From positions 32,001-96,000 of the IMG/VR virus record IMGVR_UViG_3300028412_000004: a stretch of 64,000 bases of DNA. One strand, given 5' to 3'. The translations under genes were made by a program, and so were the position numbers. The notes below the pieces were generated by a model that saw only the letters and a list, made by a program, of their open reading frames with translations, had not been told where the DNA came from and ran no database searches. This DNA comes from a virus. Shown piece by piece: positions 46,781 to 57,499 of this stretch (position 1 is the first letter of the stretch; the number at the start of each line of letters is the position of its first letter).

Positions 46781-48232
46781 ATGCCATACGTAGATGTCAG
46801 AAGACCAAATGCAGAGGTAAAGCTTCCAAGCGGTAAGGAGTTTGTCCCAGACAGTGTACGCATTGTGTATGCTGTCGACAGCTTCCCATACGCCACCGTG
46901 TCTATGCACGAGAAGCGGGGAGGGACCACTAGGGTTGACGATGTAAAATCGTCGGAGGCTGCTGGACCAGCGGGAGAATTGCAGAAAGTAATGTTTCAAG
47001 CTCGTTTTACGCCTGACGCCTCTTTGAGGCTCTTCGACGGGCACAGCGAGCTTGAGTTCGCAGGCTATGTGTCAGACCCTAGAGCAAACATGTCTCCCGG
47101 TAGTGTAGGTAATACGGTAACCATCGGGCATGAGTCCTCGCTGATTAATGCGTTACGTTTGAGCTCCCTCCCAGAGATAAAGGGAGACTACCGCCTTAAG
47201 TTAGAAAGTGTTACGGGGGATCTCGCAGAACGGTTCACCAAAGTAACAGATACCATCGTATCAAATTATGAGAGTGATCCAACCCAGTATTTAATAGAGC
47301 AATCCGGCGATAGTGGTGTTCTGTCTCAAATACACGAAACCAATAAGAAAATACTCCCGTTGTGGAAGACGCTACTAAAGAACAGTGTAGGGGGTGTAGG
47401 TTGGCCTGAGATCACAACACCCCCCACAACCGGTACGCAGTTGTCGCAGTTCAATCTAGGAGTTAACGATGCTATACGAAACACACTTAAACAAGGGACA
47501 GGTGGTTTTATGGGTACTATCCGAAGTCTCACATCCGAGTTTCAACTAGCATTCGTACCTAGTAAATACGTGGGCTCTCTAGGAAAATTTATCAACTGGA
47601 CGTCGATACTCGCAGAAGAATCTAATTTAGGACCTTTAGATTTTACTCATGGTGAGTTCTCAGGAGGGTCACCCAGAATACTGCCAGTCTCTAATGTTAT
47701 AGTATCCTTGACCGCAAATAGCTTCTACCGGGATTCGGTTGTGCCTTCTGTAGGCAAGGTTGCTAGTGTTAAAAACATAGCTATGTGGCCGGAAAAATTT
47801 CAGGGTGGTAACATCATTCCACTATCCGCCCCCAGGTGGTTTCCAACCATGCTAGACGTATCTAAGAACGACTTTCAGGAGCAGCCCAACCAAACTCTAG
47901 CGAACTACGAATCAAAGTTTAAAAAGGCGGTCGAACTTCGTAGCAAAATAGAGGATGAAGTTTATAGGGTTTTACTGCTGCGCTACGCCCGTAATTACTA
48001 CAATTATGCTTCTCTGAGGGAATCGACTGCGAGTGTTACAATACCTATGGATCTCTCGATCGAGGTGGGTAAAAGATACGAGCTGAAGACCCAAGAAGGT
48101 GTCATAGGCAGCGGGTTCCTGCAAAGAGTCACACACAACATGCATACTGGCGGTAATAACTCCAGCGCTGCTACAACTAGCTTGCTCTTCAGCCACGTAG
48201 AGTTTACTGGTTTTGAACTACCCGACAAATAA
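46781..48232 (+). CDS. probable baseplate hub protein (gp27-like)
   Basis: Size, position, and C-terminal LSIEVGKRY..GFLQRVTHNM..TTSL. Confidence 0.55.
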   Translation: MPYVDVRRPNAEVKLPSGKEFVPDSVRIVYAVDSFPYATVSMHEKRGGTTRVDDVKSSEAAGPAGELQKVMFQARFTPDASLRLFDGHSELEFAGYVSDPRANMSPGSVGNTVTIGHESSLINALRLSSLPEIKGDYRLKLESVTGDLAERFTKVTDTIVSNYESDPTQYLIEQSGDSGVLSQIHETNKKILPLWKTLLKNSVGGVGWPEITTPPTTGTQLSQFNLGVNDAIRNTLKQGTGGFMGTIRSLTSEFQLAFVPSKYVGSLGKFINWTSILAEESNLGPLDFTHGEFSGGSPRILPVSNVIVSLTANSFYRDSVVPSVGKVASVKNIAMWPEKFQGGNIIPLSAPRWFPTMLDVSKNDFQEQPNQTLANYESKFKKAVELRSKIEDEVYRVLLLRYARNYYNYASLRESTASVTIPMDLSIEVGKRYELKTQEGVIGSGFLQRVTHNMHTGGNNSSAATTSLLFSHVEFTGFELPDK

Positions 48233-48237
48233 ACTGT

Positions 48238-51200
48238 ATGGCCGATCGTGAAGATAGAGATAAGATACGCTCCGACGAGGACTGTGAAAAAGAATTCCAG
48301 CCCCCTGTGGATGATTTGTGTCTGCCGGCAGAGTCGGAACGCAGACCAGTTCCGTGTGAAGAATCTGACGAAGACTGTGTTGACGGCTTCAAGTTCCCCG
48401 AGGCTGTTATACCAGCAGAGCCTACCGACTTCGACACACCGGTCCCTCTCACACTTCGTAACATTGAGATCACACTGAATTGTCTCGAAGAGCTCAGCGA
48501 TACAGTGGGAGTCTACCCCACCAACGTCGACGACATCTTCTACTGGGAGACACTACCGGGAGTCAGTCCTGCACAGCTCACCTATATTGCTGCGTTGAGT
48601 CAGGCGGCTAGGAACAGTGTAATGGGGGCCACCAATGCCACGATCGAAACCGCGCTGGACGTGTCCGCGGAGCAGGCAGAATATTTCAGCACTACATTCG
48701 ATGCCGCTGTAGCGACCGCAGCTTCCAAAGGAGGTTACGGGACTTCGGTAACGACACCTGTCGGCTTGTTTACCGACAGCGTAGATTGGAGAACTATTCC
48801 TCGCATTACAGAATCTAAACTGGATTACATCAGCAAACTGCTTCCAGCTACGCAAGAGTCTGCTATCCTGATGTCGCCGACAGACTTGGAAGAGACTTTC
48901 AAACTCAGCACAACGCAAGCCACGTATTTCAGAGCATTTATAGATGCTAAGCTGAGTGACCTGAACGCTATAGCTTACGTGCAAACGGAGCTGAGTCTTC
49001 GCTGTTATTGGCAGAATGAGTTCCAAGATGCGGACTGCCCTGCTGCGAAATTAATAACTTCTCTAGGTGTCACTAGTTACGAGATAGTAGCAGGCGATTC
49101 TAGATTCCACTCATACAACAGCCAAGAGGAAGCGAACGCGCTGGCCTACACTGCCGCACTCGCCGAGCTAGAGTGTTGGTACGGTAACGATGCATTACAA
49201 GTAGACTGTGGTGACGAGGGGTTCCCAGACCTAGTTCCGGGTAATATTCACGTAGATAGTGTAGGAGGTGATATTGACAACACGGTGACGACATCAACCG
49301 GCCCAGGGCTGGATACCACAATACAGGTGGGCGTTGTTACAGTAGAAGCGCTCGACACAAGGTTCGCGTCACGTAGCGGCGCCGTCACAGCAACGGATGC
49401 AGCACGTGTTTACGCCATATCATTACTGGAATGCCGCTATAGGAACGCATTAAGGTCGGCAACGTGTGCAGTCAATACAGGGCCTGACGAAGCCCCTATC
49501 ACAATAGACCTTCAACCAGGGACGCCTTATGGTAATTTAGGACAAGTTGTAAACGTACTCCCGGACTACACTGTTTCTGAGATTTCTCAAATTGACGCTG
49601 ACGGACTCGCGGCAACTCTGGCGGGGTCCCTCCTCGACTGCTACTACTCGAACCCCGAAGTAACTGCAACGTGTGGCAATATACCTATAGGTCCCGAGGA
49701 AGCGCCAGTTATATATATCCCAAACGAAACTGTTACTGTAGACAGGCACGGAGCGCTGGCCTACTCAAACACCATACCAGCCAACACAACCCGCTCATAC
49801 ATAAGTAAGCAAGAAGCAGAAGATCAGGCTGACGCACTCGCAGCGGCGACTCTGTATTGCATGTATTGTTCTAAGGAGATAGATCCGCTTTGTGATAGCA
49901 CCCCATCGTCACTCTCTTTAACTCTGGGTATGGTAGAAGGTGCACTATGTGGCCCTGATCCAGCTTCTATACAAGAAGAAGCTAAAGCACTCGCACGCAT
50001 TCCTGTAGTGGAGGGAGATCTATGTGAGTACGGCAACGATGAAGTAGTTGGAGCGTGTGTTGCTGGCGCTGGTATAGATGCGTCGCGTTTCCCTGAAGGT
50101 ACAGCAGGGGTGGCTACCGGAGTATACCCACCTCTCGGGGAAACCGTCGTAATACCTGCTAACACTATAGTTGTAGCGGATGCAGCAATAAACGCAGCAG
50201 CAGCTAAGGCGAATGCGAACGCTCAGGCTGAAGCGCTCGCCCTAGCTGTAATGGATTGTTTCTACACAAATAACGATGTTACGCTCGAATGTGCTCAACC
50301 TGTCGTAAACGACAATTTCACACTACATACTAGTTCGGCAAAATATCCTGAAGGAGGTCCTGACGCCTCTCCTTTCGGAACCATATTTATTAAGAAAGAC
50401 ACCACCTTCTCCTACGTGAGCCAATCCGCCGCCCAAGATCAGGCAGCCGCTTTGGCGTTCAGTATGCAGGTGTGTTTATACGGGAATAATCAAGTGACGA
50501 TTTACTGCGACACCCCTATAGACGAATACGGACCAGGCTTCGACGACAGATCAAACATTGCCGGCAACGCCCCAACGCCTGTATTAGAGGATACAGTGGT
50601 TACTTTAGATGGTGTGCAATCCTACCAGCTGGCTAGTGTAATAGGGGCGGCGCGGTTAAAATGTTTATTTGAAAACGAGGTTGCATACACCCACACGTGT
50701 GGGAGTATGATTGGTAACAATATTGTATCAGTCGAGGTGGCCGGTTCTGCGGGCAAATACCCAGATAGCGAGTCGCCGGGTACAGTAAACGTAGCGGTAG
50801 GTACTGTACTTTCTTCTTTAAGTATAGCAGACGCAGACGATCGTGCTGAGGTGTTAGGCCGATCTCATGTAAATTGTCAGTATACAAACCTAGCTTTCAC
50901 GCTGGATTGTTTTGATACATACATGGGTGGAGATGGCAGCTCATACGACGCTACCGCTATGGCACCAGGGGCGAAAGGTACAGTAACCGTGGCGGCTGGC
51001 GCTGTTGTCGCTCCTACTATAGGCGGTGCGCAGGACGATACTGTATCTTTAGCAGCTTCACAGTTGCTATGTATTTACGTAGGTAAGGCGTCGGTGACGG
51101 GACGTTGTGATAGTAGTTCTGATATTGTTATACATGAGATAACTATACCACCAGGTATAATTTTATCCGCGGAAGGTGCCGACGACGCTGAAGCCCAAGC

Positions 51201-51699
51201 CCAAATCCTGGCGGACGCAATTACAATTTGCGGAGGTAGCAGCACCTCCACGAGCACCTCCACTGGCACCTCCACCGATCCTCCTCCGTCCGGTTCCAGT
51301 AAAGATACTGCGATTGTTTTAGCGCCGTGGTTGGGGGAGGGCGGCTACACAGCTCTCTTCGTGGAAGAGCAACCTGAGGTTGTATTCAGCGACCACTTCG
51401 ATGCGAAGATAGAAAAAAGAGTTTCCAGGTTTAAACTAGACTCTAGATTTTTCGATGTTTGTGAAAGGAACACGGTGAAAGTGGTAGGTGTCGTACCTAA
51501 TAGACCGGGAGTGGTTGGTGTTGAGGTGGACCTTGAAACCAACGAACTTATTGTGCGCGTGGGATGGTTCTCCAGTATAACGCGAGTGACTGGTCGTATA
51601 GCTGGTGTGCGGAAAGGGTTTGACCGCCTAAGATTCCCAACTAAAACTAGGGAAGACTTCGAATTAAACGAAGATTGGCTTAACCGAGATAAAAGATAA
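48238..51699 (+). CDS. large Cys-patterned repeat protein (DUF5977-like repeats), probable tail appendage
   Basis: About ten repeats of S..SQ.EA.A.A...A...L.C.Y.N; Ser/Thr linker before the C-terminal domain. Confidence 0.65.
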   Translation: MADREDRDKIRSDEDCEKEFQPPVDDLCLPAESERRPVPCEESDEDCVDGFKFPEAVIPAEPTDFDTPVPLTLRNIEITLNCLEELSDTVGVYPTNVDDIFYWETLPGVSPAQLTYIAALSQAARNSVMGATNATIETALDVSAEQAEYFSTTFDAAVATAASKGGYGTSVTTPVGLFTDSVDWRTIPRITESKLDYISKLLPATQESAILMSPTDLEETFKLSTTQATYFRAFIDAKLSDLNAIAYVQTELSLRCYWQNEFQDADCPAAKLITSLGVTSYEIVAGDSRFHSYNSQEEANALAYTAALAELECWYGNDALQVDCGDEGFPDLVPGNIHVDSVGGDIDNTVTTSTGPGLDTTIQVGVVTVEALDTRFASRSGAVTATDAARVYAISLLECRYRNALRSATCAVNTGPDEAPITIDLQPGTPYGNLGQVVNVLPDYTVSEISQIDADGLAATLAGSLLDCYYSNPEVTATCGNIPIGPEEAPVIYIPNETVTVDRHGALAYSNTIPANTTRSYISKQEAEDQADALAAATLYCMYCSKEIDPLCDSTPSSLSLTLGMVEGALCGPDPASIQEEAKALARIPVVEGDLCEYGNDEVVGACVAGAGIDASRFPEGTAGVATGVYPPLGETVVIPANTIVVADAAINAAAAKANANAQAEALALAVMDCFYTNNDVTLECAQPVVNDNFTLHTSSAKYPEGGPDASPFGTIFIKKDTTFSYVSQSAAQDQAAALAFSMQVCLYGNNQVTIYCDTPIDEYGPGFDDRSNIAGNAPTPVLEDTVVTLDGVQSYQLASVIGAARLKCLFENEVAYTHTCGSMIGNNIVSVEVAGSAGKYPDSESPGTVNVAVGTVLSSLSIADADDRAEVLGRSHVNCQYTNLAFTLDCFDTYMGGDGSSYDATAMAPGAKGTVTVAAGAVVAPTIGGAQDDTVSLAASQLLCIYVGKASVTGRCDSSSDIVIHEITIPPGIILSAEGADDAEAQAQILADAITICGGSSTSTSTSTGTSTDPPPSGSSKDTAIVLAPWLGEGGYTALFVEEQPEVVFSDHFDAKIEKRVSRFKLDSRFFDVCERNTVKVVGVVPNRPGVVGVEVDLETNELIVRVGWFSSITRVTGRIAGVRKGFDRLRFPTKTREDFELNEDWLNRDKR

Positions 51700-52529
51700 T
51701 GCCTAGTTACTCATCACAGGGATCCTCTAAAAGCGGCAGTTCCAGCTCCAGTTCGAGCGGCAGTTCCAGCTCCAGTTCGAGCGGCAGTTCCAGTTCAAGT
51801 GGTAGCACTAGCTCAAGTGGTAGTGTTAGCGGCAGCGTGAGCGGCAGCGGCAGCGTGAGCGGCAGCGTGAGCGGCAGCGGCAGCGTGAGCGGCAGCGGCA
51901 GCGTGAGCGGCAGCGTGAGCGGCAGCGGCAGCGTGAGCGGCAGCGGCAGCGTGAGCGGCAGCGGCAGCGGCAGCGTTTCCGGATCTGGATCTGGTAGCGC
52001 AGAGTGTAGCTGTCTGGCACAAACCGACGTATACACTGAAGGCGGTAATAATGGAGAAGGTTCTGGGGCCAGAAGCTACAGGACGGCTATTAGTGGTAGT
52101 TGGTCAAATCGTACGGGGAACGTGTTCAGCGATACTGCAGCCGGTTATCAAGAAGTGTCAGTTAATTTTTCGGTGTGTGACGTAGAATCCGCGAGATTCT
52201 CTATAGTCATGGACCCGGACCTCCCCGGCCAGGTCGCTAGCATCACATGTTCGGTAAATGGTACAACACTCTCTGCCCTTGATCTATCTATAAACGGAGA
52301 TGCGTACACAGCCACGCCGGCCACAGTGGACATAGATTTCAACTCCAGTCAAATAGATATCTTCTCTCCTAGACGTCTCTCCGTCTATTCCAGCGGCAGC
52401 GCTACGGATACAACTAATTTTATGAATAATGACAGCTGTGCGGCTGCTATTGAAGTAACCGTAACCTGTAATAATGACGGCGGGTTTAACGCTTTAGTGT
52501 TAACGTATGAAGGAGTCACTACGTTATAG
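51699..52529 (+). CDS. protein with a long Ser/Gly/Val repeat N-terminus and a beta-rich C-terminal domain
   Basis: TAATG-coupled to the previous gene; about 100 aa of S/G/V. Confidence 0.7.
   Translation: MPSYSSQGSSKSGSSSSSSSGSSSSSSSGSSSSSGSTSSSGSVSGSVSGSGSVSGSVSGSGSVSGSGSVSGSVSGSGSVSGSGSVSGSGSGSVSGSGSGSAECSCLAQTDVYTEGGNNGEGSGARSYRTAISGSWSNRTGNVFSDTAAGYQEVSVNFSVCDVESARFSIVMDPDLPGQVASITCSVNGTTLSALDLSINGDAYTATPATVDIDFNSSQIDIFSPRRLSVYSSGSATDTTNFMNNDSCAAAIEVTVTCNNDGGFNALVLTYEGVTTL
51732..51998 (+). repeat. low-complexity repeat of AGCGGCAGCGTG / AGCGGCAGCGGCAGCGTG and 24-nt units
   Basis: Directly visible. Confidence 0.95.
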
Positions 52530-52551
52530 ATTTAAACTCGAATGTGTGATT

Positions 52552-53616
52552 ATGTTAAAAGACCATTTCAGCAAAACCGTTATATTAACTACCAAAGGTC
52601 GTGAGGATAGAGCAGAGCAAGCTCTGTCTAAGATGCGGCGGCAGGGGCTTATAGAGAGTCCTGACGACATTGAACTAGTCTACGGGATTATGGGTAGCGA
52701 CCTACCGCCTCCAGCATGGTGGCGCGCCGGAGGCGGTGCGTGGGGTTGTCTTTCGTCACACATAAGAATACTGCAGGATGCTTGGCAGCTGGGCGTCCCT
52801 GAGATACTTATTTTAGAGGATGACGTATGCTGGGTGCCTGAAGCCTTAGATATCCTAGACAGCAGCATGCCCTACGCTCCGGATAACTGGGGACAAATGT
52901 ACCTAGGAGGACAACACAGAAAAAGACCTCAAGTAGTGTCGGACTTTTGGCTGGCGGCGCAGAGTGTTAATAGAACGCACGCTTACGCTGTCAGCAGGAA
53001 GACTATACCGCGTATGTTACAGCACATCCAATACGCCCCGGACTACATCAACAGCCCGTGGCCGAGGCATATTGATCACCAATTAGAGGTGGCACATCAA
53101 CGCGGTGATTGGAACATCATAGCCCCAAACTACTGGATTGCAGGACAAGATGAAAATCACTCTGCGATAAATGGACGGCACCATTTTAAACAGTGGTGGG
53201 ACTGGTATGAGCCCTCTGCCCCGGGAGAATCTCCGTTTGTAGTCATCCCCAAGGACTTTAATTACGACCCTCACATAACTATGCTGCACGAGGGTTATGA
53301 AGAGGATCTTAAAGAAAAAGTTTCCAACAGCTTGCACCGAGCGGCGGTGTTTTTAGCTATGAAAACTGTGGCGCAGCAAGCGTGGGGTTTACGGAGGATG
53401 CCTGCTATACGCGTGGAAGACAAAGACATGCTGGCGGTGCGTGAAACTTGCTGGAGCTCTGGGATCGTTGATATAGAGGATATGACACAAAGTAAATTCC
53501 AAGAGTTCTTAAAACCAGATACTTTTAGATTCAAACCATTGTCTACTACCGCCCCAGAAGAGACGGATACCTCCGCAGAGGTTCCGGAACCAGCAGTGCT
53601 AGACGACAGATTGTAA
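52552..53616 (+). CDS. glycosyltransferase, family 25-like
   Basis: GAWGCLSSH..ILILEDD and THAYAVS motifs; start moved to ATG 52552. Confidence 0.8.
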   Translation: MLKDHFSKTVILTTKGREDRAEQALSKMRRQGLIESPDDIELVYGIMGSDLPPPAWWRAGGGAWGCLSSHIRILQDAWQLGVPEILILEDDVCWVPEALDILDSSMPYAPDNWGQMYLGGQHRKRPQVVSDFWLAAQSVNRTHAYAVSRKTIPRMLQHIQYAPDYINSPWPRHIDHQLEVAHQRGDWNIIAPNYWIAGQDENHSAINGRHHFKQWWDWYEPSAPGESPFVVIPKDFNYDPHITMLHEGYEEDLKEKVSNSLHRAAVFLAMKTVAQQAWGLRRMPAIRVEDKDMLAVRETCWSSGIVDIEDMTQSKFQEFLKPDTFRFKPLSTTAPEETDTSAEVPEPAVLDDRL

Positions 53617-53635
53617 AACCTTAAGCCTGACAGAC

Positions 53636-56047
53636 ATGCCACTTAATTTTAAACCTTTAGAGTTGCAAAAAACTGATATCTTCATCGAAACCGGAACACA
53701 TGTAGGAAACACTATAGCGAAGATAAAAGACGACTACAGTGAGATACACACTGTGGAAATAGTGCCGGAGTGTTACGAAGCTGTAAGGAAGAAATATACA
53801 ACTGACCCCCACATAAATTTTCACTTAGATGATTCCCCAACAGGACTTACCAAAATACTAAAGAATGTAACAACACCAGTTACATTCTGGCTAGACGCGC
53901 ATGTCCAAGATATGTCCCAGCCCGCCGGGACAGGGGCTCCTTTATTGGAGGAGTTGGAAGTTATTAAAAATCACGTTGTGAAAACACACATGCTATTAAT
54001 AGACGACGTGCGCCTTTTCAAAAAGTATGGGACTACGGTGGAAAAGGTTAAGAGTAAAATACTGGAGATTAACAAAGACTACACATTCGAATTCGGTCGA
54101 GGTTACATTGCTAATGACGTGTTAATAGCAAGAGTAGGAGGTGCTAAAACCAAAGAGAACAATACCACAATGTTGAGTGAAGCTTTAAGAATATTAAAGG
54201 ATACCGGTCACCCGACTCGCAGCGTTGTGCATGTAGGCATGCATAACGCTACGGAAGTTGACGCCTACAAACGTGCCGGATTTTCGGATATTGTATACAT
54301 AGAAGCTGACGAAGCACTTTGTGTCGCGCAGGCAGGGCGGAAAGATATAGAGGTCATCAACGCAGTGGTTAGCGACGTGGAAGGGGAGGTCTCGTTTTAT
54401 AAAGCTTCGAACCGGGGTGTATCCTCGTCTATTTTAAAACCAACCGCGCACCTGGATAACTTTCGTAATGTAAAGTTCGACGCCCCGGTAAAGCTCAGAG
54501 CAGAAACACTGGATCAGGCGCTTCAACGCTCCGGCAACTATAACGCGGATACAATAGACTTACTGGTATTAGACATCCAGGGAGCAGAGCTTCTCGCACT
54601 TAAATCATTTTCAGATCTACACAAGGTAGCTGTGGTGAAGGTAGACGTGCATACGAAAAGCTTCTACAAAGGCGCCACCACAATAAATTCGCTGTTAAAT
54701 TTCTTCACCAAAAATAATTTCAGAATGGTTAAATATAGCAGATCTAAATACGGATCGGCTATATTTGTGAACTCCGCGCGACGGCAAGTGCGGGATTACA
54801 CTTTTGCAGTGCCTGTTAACGAGCCCTACTACGCCGGGTCGCACGGGGGCTTGATGGATCAAATCCTTGCAATGTTTGAGAATAGGTTGTACGCCGAGAC
54901 AGCTCTGAACACTCGTGTAGCCTTTAGGGTGACTGTCAACGACCACTGTCCAGGTTCTCTATTGGATTTCTTCGAGCCTATACCTCGTGTAACTTATTTC
55001 AACGATGAGGCGCCTTACAGTGAGCCCTTCGCACACAATAGGTCCCCCAGGTGGTTGTCTAGGTATCCCAACGCTAGTATAATTGCACGCACTCAAGATC
55101 TTAAAGTCAAACCTAAGATCGAACAACATGTTATAGACATACTGAACAACAACCCTAACCTACTAGCGGTACATGTCCGAAAAACAGATAGAGGCTGGCG
55201 ACACCGCCTCTCACTAAATACAAAAGAAGTCTACAGAAGATGCGACGAGCATACCGGCCCTATATACTTAGCGACGTGCTCTCCCGCGATACAGCGTAGT
55301 ATGGCGGAACGATACGGAGGGCGTCTCGTCAGTTTTGGTCCTGTCGAGAATAAAGGTGGTCGTAGGTGTACCAGCCTAGAACACGCGGTCGTAGACCTCG
55401 CCGTATGCTTAGAAGCGCCTGAATCGCTACCAGATCCTTGCAGCGGGTGGTGTTACTTTACAAGAGCATTCAGGGAGGCGGGCAACTCCCTTTTAAAGAC
55501 TTCTAAAAGTCTGGCACTTAAAAAGGAGGTTAAGATAATTAGTTTCTATTCTGAGCCAGAGGAGTTCTCGACTTATTACACCAAGCACAGCCAGCGCTTC
55601 GTCGAAAATTGTCGTCAACTCGGGTTGGATTGTTTTGTAGAACACTTGGAGGGACACGGCGATTACTGTAAAAATACGCTTCTTAAACCTAAATTTATAA
55701 AAGAATGTTTATTGAAATTTAAAACGCCTGTTTTGTGGTTAGACGTAGACTCTACTCTAGAAACTAGACCTGACTTCAACAGCTTCAGAGATAGTGACTT
55801 TGCAGCCGTCAGACAGCGCAGTAAGTTGGGACTGCATGCTTACTGTTTGTATTTTAACGATACGGCAAAGTCACACGAGATACTGGATAGGTGGATTGCT
55901 AAATGCGCTGCGTGCGAGGACCCGCTCACGGCAGATCACCAGCATCTGGCGTGGTCGGTAGAAAAGAAAGACATACACTTTATGAAAACAGCCCCAAAAT
56001 TAGTGTTCTCACCTAAGTCCGAGATTGTAAGTAAGAAATGGACGTAA
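53636..56047 (+). CDS. four-domain fusion: SAM methyltransferase, FkbM-type methyltransferase, fucosyltransferase-like GT-B domain, DxD glycosyltransferase
   Basis: FIETGTHVG..FWLDAH; HVGMH..IEAD..LDIQGAEL; LAVHVRKTD..IYLAT; VLWLDVD. Confidence 0.75.
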   Translation: MPLNFKPLELQKTDIFIETGTHVGNTIAKIKDDYSEIHTVEIVPECYEAVRKKYTTDPHINFHLDDSPTGLTKILKNVTTPVTFWLDAHVQDMSQPAGTGAPLLEELEVIKNHVVKTHMLLIDDVRLFKKYGTTVEKVKSKILEINKDYTFEFGRGYIANDVLIARVGGAKTKENNTTMLSEALRILKDTGHPTRSVVHVGMHNATEVDAYKRAGFSDIVYIEADEALCVAQAGRKDIEVINAVVSDVEGEVSFYKASNRGVSSSILKPTAHLDNFRNVKFDAPVKLRAETLDQALQRSGNYNADTIDLLVLDIQGAELLALKSFSDLHKVAVVKVDVHTKSFYKGATTINSLLNFFTKNNFRMVKYSRSKYGSAIFVNSARRQVRDYTFAVPVNEPYYAGSHGGLMDQILAMFENRLYAETALNTRVAFRVTVNDHCPGSLLDFFEPIPRVTYFNDEAPYSEPFAHNRSPRWLSRYPNASIIARTQDLKVKPKIEQHVIDILNNNPNLLAVHVRKTDRGWRHRLSLNTKEVYRRCDEHTGPIYLATCSPAIQRSMAERYGGRLVSFGPVENKGGRRCTSLEHAVVDLAVCLEAPESLPDPCSGWCYFTRAFREAGNSLLKTSKSLALKKEVKIISFYSEPEEFSTYYTKHSQRFVENCRQLGLDCFVEHLEGHGDYCKNTLLKPKFIKECLLKFKTPVLWLDVDSTLETRPDFNSFRDSDFAAVRQRSKLGLHAYCLYFNDTAKSHEILDRWIAKCAACEDPLTADHQHLAWSVEKKDIHFMKTAPKLVFSPKSEIVSKKWT

Positions 56048-56128
56048 TCAAAAATAATAATTGCTACCCTGAATGAATCAAGAGACTCTGTAGCATCTTC
56101 CCATTAAACCCACACTAGCGCTACTACA

Positions 56129-57490
56129 ATGCTGCACGCCGCTTTAAAAATATTCAAGGATACTGGACACCCGACTCGCAGCGTTGTGCATGTGGGTATG
56201 GGGCGTATGGACGAGTTATCACACTACAAAAAAACAGGATTCTCCAACGTCCTGTTCGTAGAAGCTGACGAAGTGCTTTGTGTCGCGCAGGCAGGTCGGA
56301 AAGATGTGGAAATCATCAACGCTGTAATCAGTGACGTTGCCGAAGAGGTCTCGTTTTATAGAGCTTCGAACCGGGGCCTGTCCTCATCTATCCTAAAGCC
56401 AGAAAAGCATATAAAACACTTCCCAGGTGTAAAGTTCGCCGCCCCGGTAAAGCTCAGAGCAGAAACACTGGATCAGGCGCTTCAACGCTCTAATAACTAT
56501 AACTCGGATACCATAGACTTACTGGTATTAGACATCCAGGGAGCAGAGCTTCTCGCGCTTAAATCATTTTCAGATCTGCACAAGGTAGCTGTGGTGCAGT
56601 TGGAAGTAAACTTTGTGGAGCTGTACAAGGGTGGCGCTAAAATGAACGAAACACTAGAATTCTTCTACAAAAACAATTTTAGACTGGTTAAATTCAATAG
56701 CACTAGGCATGGGTACGGGGATGCAATTTTTGTAAACTCCTCCAGGTGGCAGGTGGCGGATTACACTTTTGTGGTTCATACTGCTGAGCCTTTTTGTACA
56801 CGTGTAGAGGGTGGTATGGTGGACCAACTAGGGCACATATTTAAAGGACGTCTATTTGCTGAGACAAGCGCAGGCGTCTATTTAGAGACTAGCTTAAGAA
56901 GCCTCCACACTCCCGGTCGCGGAGGTATCTTTGACTTCTTTGAGCCTATAGCTCGTGTAAATTTCAGCAAGCAGCCGAGGAAAGACGCGTGTATGTTTAA
57001 ACAGCATGAGCCTTGGTGTAATGCGAAGAATCACTGGAGCATAACAGCGCGCGCTGGGGATCTTAAAGTAAAACCTAAGATCGAACAACATGTTATAGCC
57101 ATACTGAATAACAATCCGAACCTGTTAGCGGTACATGTCCGCAGGGGTGATAAAGGTTGGGAAAACCCGCTCGCGGTTTCTATGGAGGAAGTCCTTCACA
57201 GGTGCGACGCTCATGACGGTCCTATCTATCTCGCAACGGATACCCCCGAAGTCCAGCAAGACATGATACAACGTTACGGGGAAAGACTCATTTATTTCGA
57301 CACCGTGCGCCCCTCGTCTTCGTGGAGGAAGACAAGCCTAGAACACGCGGTTGTAGACCTCGCCGTATGTGTAGAAGCTCCCGAAGTGTTGCCAGACACG
57401 TGCAGTGGTTGGTATCACTTGATTACAGCTTTCAGAGAAGTAGGAGCTTCCCTGCTGCGTACTTCAAAAAAGCACACCCCAAGCGCGTGA
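56129..57490 (+). CDS. FkbM-type methyltransferase plus fucosyltransferase-like (NodZ/POFUT-type) domain
   Basis: LDIQGAEL; LAVHVRRGDK; IYLATDT; paralog of the middle of 53636..56047. Confidence 0.8.
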   Translation: MLHAALKIFKDTGHPTRSVVHVGMGRMDELSHYKKTGFSNVLFVEADEVLCVAQAGRKDVEIINAVISDVAEEVSFYRASNRGLSSSILKPEKHIKHFPGVKFAAPVKLRAETLDQALQRSNNYNSDTIDLLVLDIQGAELLALKSFSDLHKVAVVQLEVNFVELYKGGAKMNETLEFFYKNNFRLVKFNSTRHGYGDAIFVNSSRWQVADYTFVVHTAEPFCTRVEGGMVDQLGHIFKGRLFAETSAGVYLETSLRSLHTPGRGGIFDFFEPIARVNFSKQPRKDACMFKQHEPWCNAKNHWSITARAGDLKVKPKIEQHVIAILNNNPNLLAVHVRRGDKGWENPLAVSMEEVLHRCDAHDGPIYLATDTPEVQQDMIQRYGERLIYFDTVRPSSSWRKTSLEHAVVDLAVCVEAPEVLPDTCSGWYHLITAFREVGASLLRTSKKHTPSA

Positions 57491-57499
57491 ATAGAAACC

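Noticed and set aside
51707-52036. Minus-strand poly(LP), poly(A/H) and poly(CR) ORFs
   Set aside because: By-products of the Ser/Gly repeat; only the + frame is coupled to its neighbours
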